This document shows, piece by piece, positions 40,549 to 52,995 of a DNA stretch of 64,000 nucleotides. Every line of letters starts with the position of its first letter. Positions within the stretch are counted from its first letter, which is position 1. A model generated the notes under the pieces. It was not told the DNA's origin, did not search any database, and saw nothing but the letters and a program-made list of their open reading frames with translations. The stretch covers positions 34,097 through 98,096 of the forward strand of contig JAHJQF010000001.1 in the NCBI GenBank assembly GCA_018819405.1. Direction: 5' to 3'. Made by a program: the position numbers and the translations under genes. This DNA comes from Patescibacteria group bacterium (GTDB taxonomy: Bacteria > Patescibacteriota > Patescibacteriia > UBA1558 > GWA2-36-10).

Positions 40549-41085
40549 TTAATTTTTAATAGATTTATTTTTTGTGACTTTGATAAACAAAGCTCCTAAT
40601 AGAGCAATCAAAATTATCATCCAAAGTGGCTCGACCAAAAGATTGAGCCAGGCCCAAGCTGATTTGATATATACTATCTTGATAACTCCCAAAATGATAA
40701 TGGCGGCTAAAAAAGAAAAGATGGTGGTTATAAACATCTTATCAGTTGACAAAAGCCATCTAAGGCGGGCTAAAGACAACCAAACAAGTAAGATCACCAA
40801 ACGCCAAGCCCAGGTCATCCAAAATATGAATTGTTCAGACCAATACATCTTGAGACCAATATCGCGCAAAGCAATCTCAGTCACAACAATAAAAACCAAA
40901 AGTACAATAGAGACCAGTATCCAAGAAAATCCAGCCTCTGACTTTGGCTTGAGTTTGATGACTTCCCGACGCAACTCCTCTTCTAGCTCATGTGTGCCAA
41001 AATCAGCCAACCACACCTCAGTGGTTTCATCGGTCTCTACCCCAGTATCTGGATCAATACTATGTTGTGACCTCTTAAATATCAT
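40549..41085 (-). CDS. Membrane protein, hypothetical
   Basis: Several TM helices. Confidence 0.35.
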   Translation of the reverse strand: MIFKRSQHSIDPDTGVETDETTEVWLADFGTHELEEELRREVIKLKPKSEAGFSWILVSIVLLVFIVVTEIALRDIGLKMYWSEQFIFWMTWAWRLVILLVWLSLARLRWLLSTDKMFITTIFSFLAAIIILGVIKIVYIKSAWAWLNLLVEPLWMIILIALLGALFIKVTKNKSIKN

Positions 41086-41129
41086 ATGTCTATATTATAA
41101 CAAAAAATGAGCTAAATTAAAAACCCACC

Positions 41130-41172
41130 CATAAAAAACAACCTCCGAGGTTAATTTAACCTCGGAGGTTGT
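41130..41172 (-). terminator. Strong rho-independent terminator downstream of the metzincin gene
   Basis: 13-bp perfect inverted repeat CAACCTCCGAGGTT-aattta-AACCTCGGAGGTTG with a U-run on the minus strand. Confidence 0.7.
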
Positions 41173-41187
41173 TTGGGCTAAAAAATA

Positions 41188-42969
41188 TTATTCAGTATCA
41201 ATTTGATTTAAATCATTATTGGTAATACCCAGACTCAAGAACCTCATAATCTGATAAGCTGCCTCACCATCTCTCATATAATACCTTTTACCGTCATCAG
41301 GATTTATATACCAAGCTTCACCACGAGACTGCACTTGTAACACTATCTGGCCTTTCAGCCTATTTACCAAACCGCTATCATTGGACATGTTGCCCAAACC
41401 AAGCGGGTTATAATTACCATTCACCTCAACTCCGTCTTTATATCCATCATTATCAGAGTCATCATTATTTGGATCTGTACCCAGCCCTTCTTCCAATTTA
41501 TTACACAGGCCATCATTATCATTATCTACACACTCAAATCTGTCTTCTATACCCACTGGGATTTTAGCTAAATCTACATTGCTGATTCCCAAACCAAGAT
41601 TTCTCATCATACCGTAGGCAGCGCTTCCGTCTTTCATATACATTCGTTTGCCATTGTCCGGTCTTACATACCAAGCTTCGCCATGATTTTCTACCTGCAG
41701 TAAAATTTTTCCTTTTAATCTGTTGCTCAATTCCAAATCTATTTCCGGTAAAGGAACTAATTCTTCAACTGGTGTATCGAGCTCTTCTATTGGCGTAAGA
41801 GGTGGACTAGGGTTGAATTCTTGAAGTAATGTTATTTTTATTATTGCTCTGGATAAAGCGGGATTATCCTCATTTATATCCAAATTCAAAACTTGTACTC
41901 TGGTCTGATCCTCTGGATCATAAAAACCAGTGCTCCCAGTATGAAGATCTGGCGTGTCTTCTTTGAGTACAGCTGAATTCCAGCTAAAATCTTCTCCTAC
42001 TGGACTAGCATCTATCAAAATAGAGTCTGTATATTGTCCTGGATTATTGGTGTGAATGAGTATGCCATTTAAATCAGGCGCGGCGCCTAAATTAGCATCA
42101 AACCCAATAGGCTGACGAAATTCTAAATACCAAAATTTACCATTGTTTCTTTTGATTTTGATGGCCTTAAGCCCAGGATCGCTAGATTCAAAAGGTGTTA
42201 ATTCATAAGTGCCATTAGAGACTATGCTATTAGAATCAACTTCTAATAATTGATGTTGGCTATCAAAAAAACCAATAGTATCTTTTTGTACGGCACTAAA
42301 TTGCCCTGGCCTTGATAGAGGGACACTCATTATGTTGCTCAAATCTTGGACTGTATAAATTTCACATCCGCTAGCACTATAAGGTATGTCATTACATTTA
42401 TACATACCCGCATGTTGAGAGCCAAAGCCGTGCCCTAATTCATGGCCAATACCATAAGGCCAAGGAATAGTATTGTCTGCTACCCAGCCTAAGGTCATAG
42501 TATGATTGCCGTCTGGAGTGGCAAAGGTTCTGGTACCAATATAGCTAGCGCCACGCCCACAATCGCCGTTTGGCATCACAATCATCAAATGATCATAAGC
42601 TAAAAAATCAACAGCACTATTTCCTTCTTCAGTTTCAAGAGCCTGAGTTGCGGCCAAAGAAATAGCTGTCAGATCACAATTATAATTCATCGCCAATTCA
42701 TACCATTTATTTTGATAGTTGGCTGAAGGAAAAACATCACCTGACAAATGAATTTGCCCGTAGGAATTCTCATTATAAAAATTAGCTATGCTATTATTAG
42801 CATTAAAAGTAATATTAACCACATCATCTCGATTGTTTTTCAAACCATCAGTATCTTGAAAGTTTACCAATATGAGTAATATTTTGTGTTCTGTAGTAGT
42901 AGCATTAACCGAAAAATTACCAACAAGAAACAACAAAAACAAAAACAGGAAAAGAATAATTTTTTTCAT
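41188..42969 (-). CDS. Secreted metzincin-type zinc metalloprotease with two C-terminal novel repeat modules and an Asp-rich (DxDxDG-like) segment
   Basis: Signal peptide; GIGHELGHGFGSQH = HExxHxxGxxH; C-terminal 2x NRLKG.I.LQV...GEAWY..PD.G.RYYM.DG.AAY.IMR.L.LGI.N.DL flanking CVDNDNDGLCNKLEEGLGTDPNNDDSDNDGYKDG. Confidence 0.8.
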   Translation of the reverse strand: MKKIILFLFLFLLFLVGNFSVNATTTEHKILLILVNFQDTDGLKNNRDDVVNITFNANNSIANFYNENSYGQIHLSGDVFPSANYQNKWYELAMNYNCDLTAISLAATQALETEEGNSAVDFLAYDHLMIVMPNGDCGRGASYIGTRTFATPDGNHTMTLGWVADNTIPWPYGIGHELGHGFGSQHAGMYKCNDIPYSASGCEIYTVQDLSNIMSVPLSRPGQFSAVQKDTIGFFDSQHQLLEVDSNSIVSNGTYELTPFESSDPGLKAIKIKRNNGKFWYLEFRQPIGFDANLGAAPDLNGILIHTNNPGQYTDSILIDASPVGEDFSWNSAVLKEDTPDLHTGSTGFYDPEDQTRVQVLNLDINEDNPALSRAIIKITLLQEFNPSPPLTPIEELDTPVEELVPLPEIDLELSNRLKGKILLQVENHGEAWYVRPDNGKRMYMKDGSAAYGMMRNLGLGISNVDLAKIPVGIEDRFECVDNDNDGLCNKLEEGLGTDPNNDDSDNDGYKDGVEVNGNYNPLGLGNMSNDSGLVNRLKGQIVLQVQSRGEAWYINPDDGKRYYMRDGEAAYQIMRFLSLGITNNDLNQIDTE

Positions 42970-43061
42970 AATTTTATTTCTAATATATCTATACTATAAC
43001 AAAAAATCAGATAAAATAAAAACCCTCTCTGAATATTTTTCAAAAAGGGAATTATTTTTGT

Positions 43062-44963
43062 TTATTCGGTAGATATTTGTTCTAAATCCTTATTAGTAAT
43101 ACCTAAAGACAAATATCTCATAATTTGATAAGCTGCCTCACCATCGGTCATATAATAACGCCTGCCATCATCTGGATTTATATACCAAGCCTCCCCTCGA
43201 GACTGCACTTGTAACACAATTTTACCTTTTACATTATTAACTAAACTATTATCATAAACTGATTTACCTACACCCAAAGGATTGTAAGCGCTCTTTACTT
43301 CTGCACCATCATCAAAACCATCATCATCAGAATCATTATCATTGGGATCTGTACCAATGCTTTCCTCTAATTTATTACACAGGCCATCATTGTCATCATC
43401 TGTACACTCAAACCTATCTTCTATACCTACTGGAATTTTAGCTAAATCTGCGTTACTTATTCCTAGTCCAAGATCTCTCATCATACCATAGGCCGTATCG
43501 CCATCTTTCATATAAATTCTATTACCGTTATCTGGACGAACATACCAAGCTTCGCCATAATTTTCTACCTGCAGTAAAATTTTTCCTTTTAATCTATTAG
43601 TAAGCTGCAAATTTTTCTGACGCTTGTTTTGATTCTCAATATCGGAATCATCATCTGATTCGATACAAGCCCCTAGTGTATCACCGTGAGTCTGGTGGGC
43701 AGGCCAAGCTGACTCAGCAATTTCTAAAGTATTACTACTGCCATTCCCCGTCAGATGACAGATGATTATTTTTTTGACATCTATGTCGCTATCATCGGAA
43801 TCATCTTCGCTGTCATCAGAAACCACTGCTATTGTTTTCGTAAGTTCATTATTGCTTTCACTTATTTCATCTTTCCTATTCATTGGGTCAACCTTGAAAT
43901 ATAATGACTTTTCGCCAGTAGATGTAAAATGCCCTGTAAAAATATATTCAAAATCATGAATTATTGTAAATGGCTCACCCGCATCTAGCATCATATCATC
44001 AACTACAAAATCTTCAAAATTATGATCATATTGATTCAATGAATCCGTAGTCACTGTCCCGCCCGTCTCATCCACCGCACCTGTGACAGTTATGGTTGTA
44101 TTAGCGCCTGCCTGTGGACTGGACGGAGAAACACTAATATTTTCTATAATCATATCTACACAATTTTCATGATAATGTCCCTCTGGACGTGGAATAATAG
44201 GTTGGCACTCATTTATAGGAGATACATAATCATCATAGCTGGTCACTTCAAAAGTAACATTCTTGGTGTTGTTTTCCTCATTTGATTCCTCTATATCGTC
44301 ATCAGCATCAATTATAGCCGTCGCCTCATAAGTGCCTGCGTCTAATTTTATAGCATTGCTACATGTAGCATAACCAGGGACTACTGTAGCATAACTAGTC
44401 CGACAAACTATATCACCTATGTGTATTTCGATAGTATTATTATAATTTAGAAGATTATTACCCTCATTATCTACATAAACAGTAAAAGCTAGCACTGTGT
44501 CTGCAAATCTATTACTATAATCTGGTGTGCTAAAGCCACCACTATTACCAATTTTAAAATCAGTAATTACCAAATCAGGTTTGTCACGATAAATAGTAAA
44601 TGGCGCATCGCTTTGATCTTGAGGATTTCCATTTTCTCCAGCAGGATAACCGATTATTTTTACTAAAAAATTATCCTCGCCCTGCATAGTTTGATTATCT
44701 AAAATAGTATATTGATAAGCACCCTGAGTATCACTAGGATTGACACTAACTGAAACACCCTGCTGCATTACAGTACCTTCAATATTAGTTATGTATATAA
44801 ATACGCTATTAATATCTGACTGATCCCATCTAAATTCATAAGTCTCCCCACTTTTGAGACTTTCTCCACCATTGGGATATACTAGTTCCAGAGAGGCCGC
44901 TTTAGCAGTATCAGCTAGTCCTAAAAGCAACAATGACCCAAAAAGAAATAATAATTTTTTCAT
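43062..44963 (-). CDS. Secreted multidomain (Ig/CARDB-like) protein, tandem paralog sharing the same C-terminal repeat + Asp-rich module; no HExxH
   Basis: The C-terminal about 170 aa is nearly identical to the upstream gene product (about 80% nt identity over about 550 bp). Signal peptide; Asp/Ser acidic linker (SDDSEDDSDDSDID). Confidence 0.75.
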   Translation of the reverse strand: MKKLLFLFGSLLLLGLADTAKAASLELVYPNGGESLKSGETYEFRWDQSDINSVFIYITNIEGTVMQQGVSVSVNPSDTQGAYQYTILDNQTMQGEDNFLVKIIGYPAGENGNPQDQSDAPFTIYRDKPDLVITDFKIGNSGGFSTPDYSNRFADTVLAFTVYVDNEGNNLLNYNNTIEIHIGDIVCRTSYATVVPGYATCSNAIKLDAGTYEATAIIDADDDIEESNEENNTKNVTFEVTSYDDYVSPINECQPIIPRPEGHYHENCVDMIIENISVSPSSPQAGANTTITVTGAVDETGGTVTTDSLNQYDHNFEDFVVDDMMLDAGEPFTIIHDFEYIFTGHFTSTGEKSLYFKVDPMNRKDEISESNNELTKTIAVVSDDSEDDSDDSDIDVKKIIICHLTGNGSSNTLEIAESAWPAHQTHGDTLGACIESDDDSDIENQNKRQKNLQLTNRLKGKILLQVENYGEAWYVRPDNGNRIYMKDGDTAYGMMRDLGLGISNADLAKIPVGIEDRFECTDDDNDGLCNKLEESIGTDPNDNDSDDDGFDDGAEVKSAYNPLGVGKSVYDNSLVNNVKGKIVLQVQSRGEAWYINPDDGRRYYMTDGEAAYQIMRYLSLGITNKDLEQISTE

Positions 44964-45021
44964 AATTTTAATTTAAATAATAACTAAATAATAACTATAA
45001 GTATAGTAACATTTTTTCTAT

Positions 45022-45050
45022 AAAAAAGCACCTCAGACGACTGAGGTGCT
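45022..45050 (-). terminator. Rho-independent terminator downstream of groEL
   Basis: GCACCTCAG-acga-CTGAGGTGC hairpin with a U-run on the minus strand. Confidence 0.7.
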
Positions 45051-45058
45051 AAAATGTG

Positions 45059-46705
<1,647 letters not shown>

Positions 46706-46801
46706 TTATCTTAAAATTATACTTTATCTTGTCTGTCATACTGAACTTATTTCAGCATCTCCGATAGATCCCGAATCAAGTTCGGGATAACAAGGGAAAA
46801 A

Positions 46802-47077
46802 TTATTCTATGACCGCTAAGAGGTCATCATGATTCAAAATTTTGTACTCTTGTCCGTCAATTTTTATTTCTGAACCGCCATATTCAGAGAAAACAACTTT
46901 TTGCCCAACTTTTACATTTAGTTTGACAATTTTTTCGCCATTACCAACAGCAATAATTTCTCCTTCCATACGGGATTCTCGGTTGGCAGTATCAGGCAAA
47001 ATAATACCTGACTTCGTAGTTTCTTCTTTAGGTAGGGCTTTGACAATTACCCTGTCTCCAAGTGGTTTTAGATTCAT
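46802..47077 (-). CDS. groS: Co-chaperonin GroES
   Basis: 91 aa; immediately upstream of groEL; typical mobile-loop region. Confidence 0.95.
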   Translation of the reverse strand: MNLKPLGDRVIVKALPKEETTKSGIILPDTANRESRMEGEIIAVGNGEKIVKLNVKVGQKVVFSEYGGSEIKIDGQEYKILNHDDLLAVIE

Positions 47078-47115
47078 ATGTTTCTCCTTTATTTACTTAT
47101 AATTTATTAAATAAA

Positions 47116-47142
47116 TTAGCACTCTATATTATAGAGTGCTAA
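47116..47142. promoter_or_regulatory. CIRCE operator (HrcA binding site) upstream of groES
   Basis: TTAGCACTC-tatattata-GAGTGCTAA is a perfect match to the CIRCE consensus TTAGCACTC-N9-GAGTGCTAA. Confidence 0.85.
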
Positions 47143-47184
47143 TCCTCTTTTGTCAACCCAGCCTTTCGCAAAAAGCTGATTAAA

Positions 47185-48483
47185 CTACTTATTATGTTTA
47201 TACAAATTGGCTAGCCCCAAAGCTACTAGCAGCCAACCAGTCCAGGCAGTCCACAAGTAGTGATCAAACATGCCAATTATTATCAATCCTAGTACTAAAC
47301 TAGTTGATAAAACATCTACTTTATTGGCGGATTTTATAATTCTTCGCAAAATATTAAACAATAAAAATATTCCTATAATACCCACCTCGGCTAACATCAA
47401 AATAAATATATTATGAATCGGCTGGACATTGTATGTAGACAATCCTTCATGATTATTTAAGGTATATAATGTATTTATACCCAATCCCTGACCAAAAAAT
47501 CCATTTTTGTAGTTGTCCCAGCCAAGTTGATCCAAAGTATCAATCCGATCATTAATTGATTTCTCTTCCAGCTGAGTCTGAGCCTCTATTCTGGCCGGCC
47601 AGGCGTCGGGCACTATCATATTGAAAGACAAAAACACAGCTACAAAAATCACCGCATATTTGGCAATCACAGTTACTATCAACCAATTTTTTTTGAAAAT
47701 ATTTATCAAAAACAAACTAAAGAAACTCAGGATAAGAGCTAAAATAGCACTCCTAGAAAAACTGGCAAATAAACCATAAGTAGCAATGACCACAGATATT
47801 ACAACAAAAATTAACTCCCAAAAACTTTTTTTCTTGGAGATATTAAGCCAGCCTTTTTTTTCATTCCTTTTGTATAAATCAATCCAAAGATAAATAGCCA
47901 AAAATATTACCACAAATAAAAATCCTCCCAGCATATTGGGATGTGGCAGTGAGCCATAAGCCCGTAGTAACCTACCCACTCCAGTATCCACCACCGAATT
48001 GCCTAGGACTTCTGGCAAATGTTCAGACATCCCCAACCACTTGTTGGCAGTCACTTTTTGAGTCAAAAGCTGATAAAAAGCCAAAAAAGACTGGATTAAT
48101 CCTGAAAGCAACAATATCCTATAGGCAAAAAGTTTTGGTAAAAATTTTACTAAATACGCAAATAAGGCTGCTGAATATATCAGAAATAAATAATAAAAAG
48201 AAACCGAAACTGCTGGCGAGAAAAAACAAACTATAATGGAATAAGCAAAAACGAAATAAAAAAACTTTGACCGAGAAAGCCTCATCTCTTTTTTATTGGC
48301 TAAGGCAAAAAACACAGCGGCCAAAAATAAAAACAATACATTTAGATACAGACTCAATCTTCCATATTGCCAGACTGCCTCTCCCAGCGGCCAATCATAA
48401 AATATCCATCTAGTTTGCCAAGGAATCAAAAAAATAAAAATGGCCAAAAAAATCTTAAACAGTTTATGGTTTGTCTTTTTCAT
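47185..48483 (-). CDS. Polytopic membrane protein, O-antigen ligase (Wzy_C)-like
   Basis: More than 10 TM helices with a central periplasmic loop and a RSAILALILSFFSLF motif region. Confidence 0.5.
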   Translation of the reverse strand: MKKTNHKLFKIFLAIFIFLIPWQTRWIFYDWPLGEAVWQYGRLSLYLNVLFLFLAAVFFALANKKEMRLSRSKFFYFVFAYSIIVCFFSPAVSVSFYYLFLIYSAALFAYLVKFLPKLFAYRILLLSGLIQSFLAFYQLLTQKVTANKWLGMSEHLPEVLGNSVVDTGVGRLLRAYGSLPHPNMLGGFLFVVIFLAIYLWIDLYKRNEKKGWLNISKKKSFWELIFVVISVVIATYGLFASFSRSAILALILSFFSLFLINIFKKNWLIVTVIAKYAVIFVAVFLSFNMIVPDAWPARIEAQTQLEEKSINDRIDTLDQLGWDNYKNGFFGQGLGINTLYTLNNHEGLSTYNVQPIHNIFILMLAEVGIIGIFLLFNILRRIIKSANKVDVLSTSLVLGLIIIGMFDHYLWTAWTGWLLVALGLANLYKHNK

Positions 48484-49423
48484 TATTTTTTAATAAATTA
48501 TGAACTCTCTGTTTCCACTTTTTATAAAAAAGTTCTCGATTATCGTTGGGATAAAATTTTAACATACCCTCATTTACTACAATTTTGGTATCTATATTGA
48601 TCAGTGACTTAAGATTACGATCAATAATCCTAAGCTGCAATGTTCTAATAAAAGCATAAATTGCTCTTTTGAAAAATGGCGGTCGCAAAATGCCATAAAA
48701 AATCTTGGCTACTACTTTTGAATACTTTCTTTCTTTGACAGTCTTGGAAAATTGATTTTTATAAGCATTGGGCAGATAATTTTTGTACCACTGATTGGCC
48801 TCCAAAAATTTTTCATACAAACCGTCCGGATTGTAAATTGGCATAAGTTGTGATACCCAATATGGATAATAAATATCCTCACTGTTTATCATAGTAGACT
48901 CAATATTTAAATGATCTTCATCTACAAAAAAACTCAGACAAAATGCATCGCGTTTGTTTTCATCTTTTGGTCTCATCCTAAAAATTGATACAAATAAAAC
49001 AGTAAAAAATCTAGCTAGCCAAATTGTCTTTCTCTTGGCAATGATAAAAAGATCAATATCACTATCTTCGCTGGCATTGCTATAAGCCAAAGAATTACAG
49101 ACCGCTATCATCCTGACAAAAGGAATAAAACGATAAATCTTGGCGATGTTTATGGCTCTACGAAATTTTCTCTCCGCTAGATTATTGTTTTGCTTGCGCC
49201 TGAGATAAATACTGTCTCTACCAACCAAACTATAGAAGCCCTCTTTTCTGATAATCTCCTGTTGCAGGGTTTGGCTTGTCTCCAAGGCTTTTTTAACATC
49301 AGATATAGAATATTTTTTATTTGGCATATATAGCCATTTCCAAATTTCTGTCAAAGTAAGTGGATAATAAAATATATCAAAAAAAGCTAATGTTTTCAAA
49401 ATAGATTTTTCCAAATCAGTCAT
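48464..49423 (-). CDS. Hypothetical protein with a nucleotidyltransferase-like S-x-DxD motif
   Basis: NSLAYSNASEDSDIDLFII. Confidence 0.35.
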   Translation of the reverse strand: MTDLEKSILKTLAFFDIFYYPLTLTEIWKWLYMPNKKYSISDVKKALETSQTLQQEIIRKEGFYSLVGRDSIYLRRKQNNNLAERKFRRAINIAKIYRFIPFVRMIAVCNSLAYSNASEDSDIDLFIIAKRKTIWLARFFTVLFVSIFRMRPKDENKRDAFCLSFFVDEDHLNIESTMINSEDIYYPYWVSQLMPIYNPDGLYEKFLEANQWYKNYLPNAYKNQFSKTVKERKYSKVVAKIFYGILRPPFFKRAIYAFIRTLQLRIIDRNLKSLINIDTKIVVNEGMLKFYPNDNRELFYKKWKQRVHNLLKNNEKDKP

Positions 49424-49557
49424 CCCCTTAAAAATTACTATAAAATACTTAAATAAAACTACATTTTATAATCCCGCTCGGGACTTATATCTTAATATTA
49501 CTTAAAATACTATTTTTTTTCAAGAAATTTTAAAACCCCGCCTAAGCGGAGTTTTAT

Positions 49558-52404
49558 TTATTTTTTCAAAAGCTTAGCTAAATACTGCCCAGTGAAACTG
49601 TTTTTGACTTTGGCCACCTGAAGCGGTGTACCCTCGGCAACTATTTGACCACCTTTATCACCACCCTCTGGTCCAAGATCTATTATCCAATCAGAACTTT
49701 TTATGACATCCAGATTATGCTCAATGACAAGTACTGTATTACCTTTATCCACCAAACGATGCAACACTTCTAAGAGTCTCTTGATATCATCAAAGTGAAG
49801 ACCAGTGGTCGGCTCATCCAAAATATATAATGTTTTACCCGATGAACGACGTGATAACTCAGTGGCCAACTTTATACGCTGAGCCTCACCACCTGAAAGG
49901 GTAGTAGCCGGCTGACCAAGCTTGATATAACCTAATCCAACATCTACCAAGGTCTTTAGCTTATTAAAAATATTTGGCACATCTCGGAAAAAAATCATAG
50001 CCTCCTCAACAGTCATTTGTAATACTTCGGAAATGTCTTTACCTTTGTAATGAATCTCCAGCGCTTCATCATTATATCTTTTCCCATGGCATTCTTTGCA
50101 CTCAACATAAACATTTGGCAAAAAATTCATTTCTATTTTTATAACCCCATCGCCCTGACAATTTTCACATCTGCCACCTCTGACATTAAAACTGAAACGC
50201 CCAGCTTTGTAGCCTCTGATTTGTGCTTCTTGTAACTCGGCAAACAAATCTCTGATATAAGTAAAAGCACCTGTATAAGTAGCTGGATTGGAACGTGGTG
50301 TACGACCAATCGGGGACTGATCTATATCTATTACTTTATCAATATTTTCCAAGCCCTTGATTTCTTTATGCTCACCCGGATTATCCTTGGAACGATAAAA
50401 ATGCTTAGTTAGGGCTTTGGCCAAAATTTCGGTCATAAGTGTTGACTTACCTGATCCAGATACTCCAGTGATAGATATAAATTTACCCAAAGGAAAATTG
50501 ACATCCAAATCTTTTAGATTAAAAGCTTTGGCTCCAATAATGGCCAAATTTTTACCGTTTCCTTTTCTATATTTTTTGGGAATAGGAATACTTTTTTTGC
50601 CGGACATATATTGACCGGTCAAAGACTTGGGATTTTTCTTTATGGCCTGAGGAGTGCCTTCAGCTACTATTTCACCGCCGTGCTTACCAGCACCTGGCCC
50701 AATATCTATGACATGATCAGCGGCCAATATTGTCTCTTCGTCGTGCTCAACTACTATAACTGAATTACCAAGATCTCTTAGGTCTTTCAGCGTCTTGATG
50801 AGTTTGGCATTGTCTGTCTGGTGCAGACCGATTGAAGGCTCATCCAAAATATATAAAACACCCGTCAAAGAAGAACCAATCTGAGTAGCCAGTCTAATAC
50901 GCTGAGCCTCACCACCTGAAAGGGTAGAGGCATTTCTGTCCAGTGTCAGATAATTTAGACCAACATTTTCCAAAAATACCAAACGTATCTGGATTTCTTT
51001 TAATATCTGGTGGGCAATTAAATTTTCATTTTTTGATAATTCTTTGGGTAAATCGGCAAAGAATACTTTGAGATCATCTATATTTTGATCAGAAATATTG
51101 GCAATATTACTACCGACTATCTTGATATTTAGAGACTCGGGCTTGAGTCTTTTGCCCAGGCAGGCTTCACAAATCTCAACACGCATATAACGCTCTATCT
51201 CACTTCTTATATAATCCGAGTCGGTCTCACGATAACGTCTTTCCAGATTTGGCATTACTCCTTCAAAGGTATCATTATGATTATTATTAAAGCGGCTATT
51301 TTCCAAATCAACCTGATACTTTTCAGCTCCAGTTCCATATAAAATAATATCCAATTGTTTTTTGGTGAGTTTGGCTACCGGCGTACGCGTAGAAAATTTA
51401 TGTTTTTTTGCTACTGCCTCTAATATAGCGCTATACCAATTTTGATTGGCGGCAGTTCTTGACCATGGCCTGATAGCCCCTTCAGCTAGTGCTAATTTTT
51501 TGTTTGGTATGACAAGCTCTGAATCAACGGTTAGCTTGGTACCCAAACCAGTACACTTAGTGCAGGCGCCGTGTGGACTGTTAAAAGAAAAATTTCTAGG
51601 CTCAATAGAAGAAAAAACTACTTCGGGATGCTCTAGACAAGTATAAAATTCACTAAAGACAAAATTTTCTCCTTCCTTTGGCATATATATAATTACAAAA
51701 CCATTTCCGAAATCAAGTGCAGTATCTACTACCTGCTTTAACCTGTCTTTGGTTTTTTTCATACCATCAAGACGTAAGTGATCAACCACCAAATCTATAT
51801 TGTGCTTCTTAGTTTTATCAAAAACCATTTTATCAGCCTCTTCTATACTCAAAAATTCTCCATCTAATCTAATTTTCTTGTAGCCAGAAGCTTTGAATCT
51901 TTTCAAAGACTGCTGATGGTCACCTTTTTTTTCTTTGACTATAGGCGATAAGATCATAAATTCAGCTTCTTTAGGTAGTTGCCAAATTTTTTCTACAATT
52001 TGTTTTTGGCTCATCTTGATAAGAGACTTGCCACACTTGTGACAATGAGGAGTTCCTATTTTAGCAAAAAGTAAACGAAGATAATCATAAATTTCGGTCA
52101 CTGTGCCGACTGTTGATCGAGGATTCCTAGAAGAAGATCTCTGATCAATTGATATAGCCGGACTCAAACCATCAATTTGCTCCACGTCCGGTTTGTCCAT
52201 CAAATCTAAAAACTGCCTGGCATAAGCAGACAGTGACTCCACATATCGACGCTGACCTTCAGCATAGATAGTATCAAAGGCTAAAGATGATTTTCCACTA
52301 CCCGAGAGGCCAGTAATCACCACAAATTTGTTGCGGGGGATTTTGACATCCACATTTTTTAGGTTGTGCACCTTAGCGCCTTTGATTGTTATAAACTGTG
52401 GCAT
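49558..52404 (-). CDS. uvrA: Excinuclease ABC subunit A
   Basis: 948 aa; two ABC ATPase modules ([24 protein letters not shown]) and zinc-finger cysteines. Confidence 0.97.
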   Translation of the reverse strand: MPQFITIKGAKVHNLKNVDVKIPRNKFVVITGLSGSGKSSLAFDTIYAEGQRRYVESLSAYARQFLDLMDKPDVEQIDGLSPAISIDQRSSSRNPRSTVGTVTEIYDYLRLLFAKIGTPHCHKCGKSLIKMSQKQIVEKIWQLPKEAEFMILSPIVKEKKGDHQQSLKRFKASGYKKIRLDGEFLSIEEADKMVFDKTKKHNIDLVVDHLRLDGMKKTKDRLKQVVDTALDFGNGFVIIYMPKEGENFVFSEFYTCLEHPEVVFSSIEPRNFSFNSPHGACTKCTGLGTKLTVDSELVIPNKKLALAEGAIRPWSRTAANQNWYSAILEAVAKKHKFSTRTPVAKLTKKQLDIILYGTGAEKYQVDLENSRFNNNHNDTFEGVMPNLERRYRETDSDYIRSEIERYMRVEICEACLGKRLKPESLNIKIVGSNIANISDQNIDDLKVFFADLPKELSKNENLIAHQILKEIQIRLVFLENVGLNYLTLDRNASTLSGGEAQRIRLATQIGSSLTGVLYILDEPSIGLHQTDNAKLIKTLKDLRDLGNSVIVVEHDEETILAADHVIDIGPGAGKHGGEIVAEGTPQAIKKNPKSLTGQYMSGKKSIPIPKKYRKGNGKNLAIIGAKAFNLKDLDVNFPLGKFISITGVSGSGKSTLMTEILAKALTKHFYRSKDNPGEHKEIKGLENIDKVIDIDQSPIGRTPRSNPATYTGAFTYIRDLFAELQEAQIRGYKAGRFSFNVRGGRCENCQGDGVIKIEMNFLPNVYVECKECHGKRYNDEALEIHYKGKDISEVLQMTVEEAMIFFRDVPNIFNKLKTLVDVGLGYIKLGQPATTLSGGEAQRIKLATELSRRSSGKTLYILDEPTTGLHFDDIKRLLEVLHRLVDKGNTVLVIEHNLDVIKSSDWIIDLGPEGGDKGGQIVAEGTPLQVAKVKNSFTGQYLAKLLKK

Positions 52405-52569
52405 GAAATTTTTTTTACAAAAATTTTAAAACAATATTCCCGACCATGGTATCATGAATCTATAGCTAAGTCAAGAATCAGAGACAAGCTTACTCAAGCT
52501 CTAATTTGACTATAGTTGACAAAAAAAGGCTTATCTGTTAGTATGGAGTAGTTATAATAACTTCAACAG

Positions 52570-52788
52570 ATGAAAAATATCCTTTATATTGTTCAGATTG
52601 TGATTTCTATCCTTTTAATAGCTACTATACTTATGCAGCAAAAAGGATCAGGTTTGGGTGCTGCCTTTGGCAGTGAATCTTCTATTTATCGCACCAAAAG
52701 AGGTGCTGAAAAGTTTATTTTTAGATTGACCATTATTTTGGCAGCTTTATTTTTGCTGACATCTTTGGCCAATCTATTCATATCATAA
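52570..52788 (+). CDS. secG: Preprotein translocase subunit SecG
   Basis: 72 aa; LMQQKGSGLGAAFG signature. Confidence 0.8.
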   Translation: MKNILYIVQIVISILLIATILMQQKGSGLGAAFGSESSIYRTKRGAEKFIFRLTIILAALFLLTSLANLFIS

Positions 52789-52995
52789 ACTAACCAAACT
52801 TTTTACGTAAAAATTAAAAATTCACTCCATTAAATGAATTTAATTTATTTGGGGTATTTAAAATAATATTATATAATAAATTATATCTATAATTTATTTA
52901 TTACTAATCTAAATATTAAATTTGAAATTAAGCCGTTGCTTGATTTTATTTAACGAGGTAAAGATATAGGAGTCTTCTCTAAAATAAAAAAAAGT

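Noticed and set aside
50050-51646. Short plus-strand ORFs inside uvrA
   Set aside because: Antisense shadow ORFs within a conserved 948-aa CDS.
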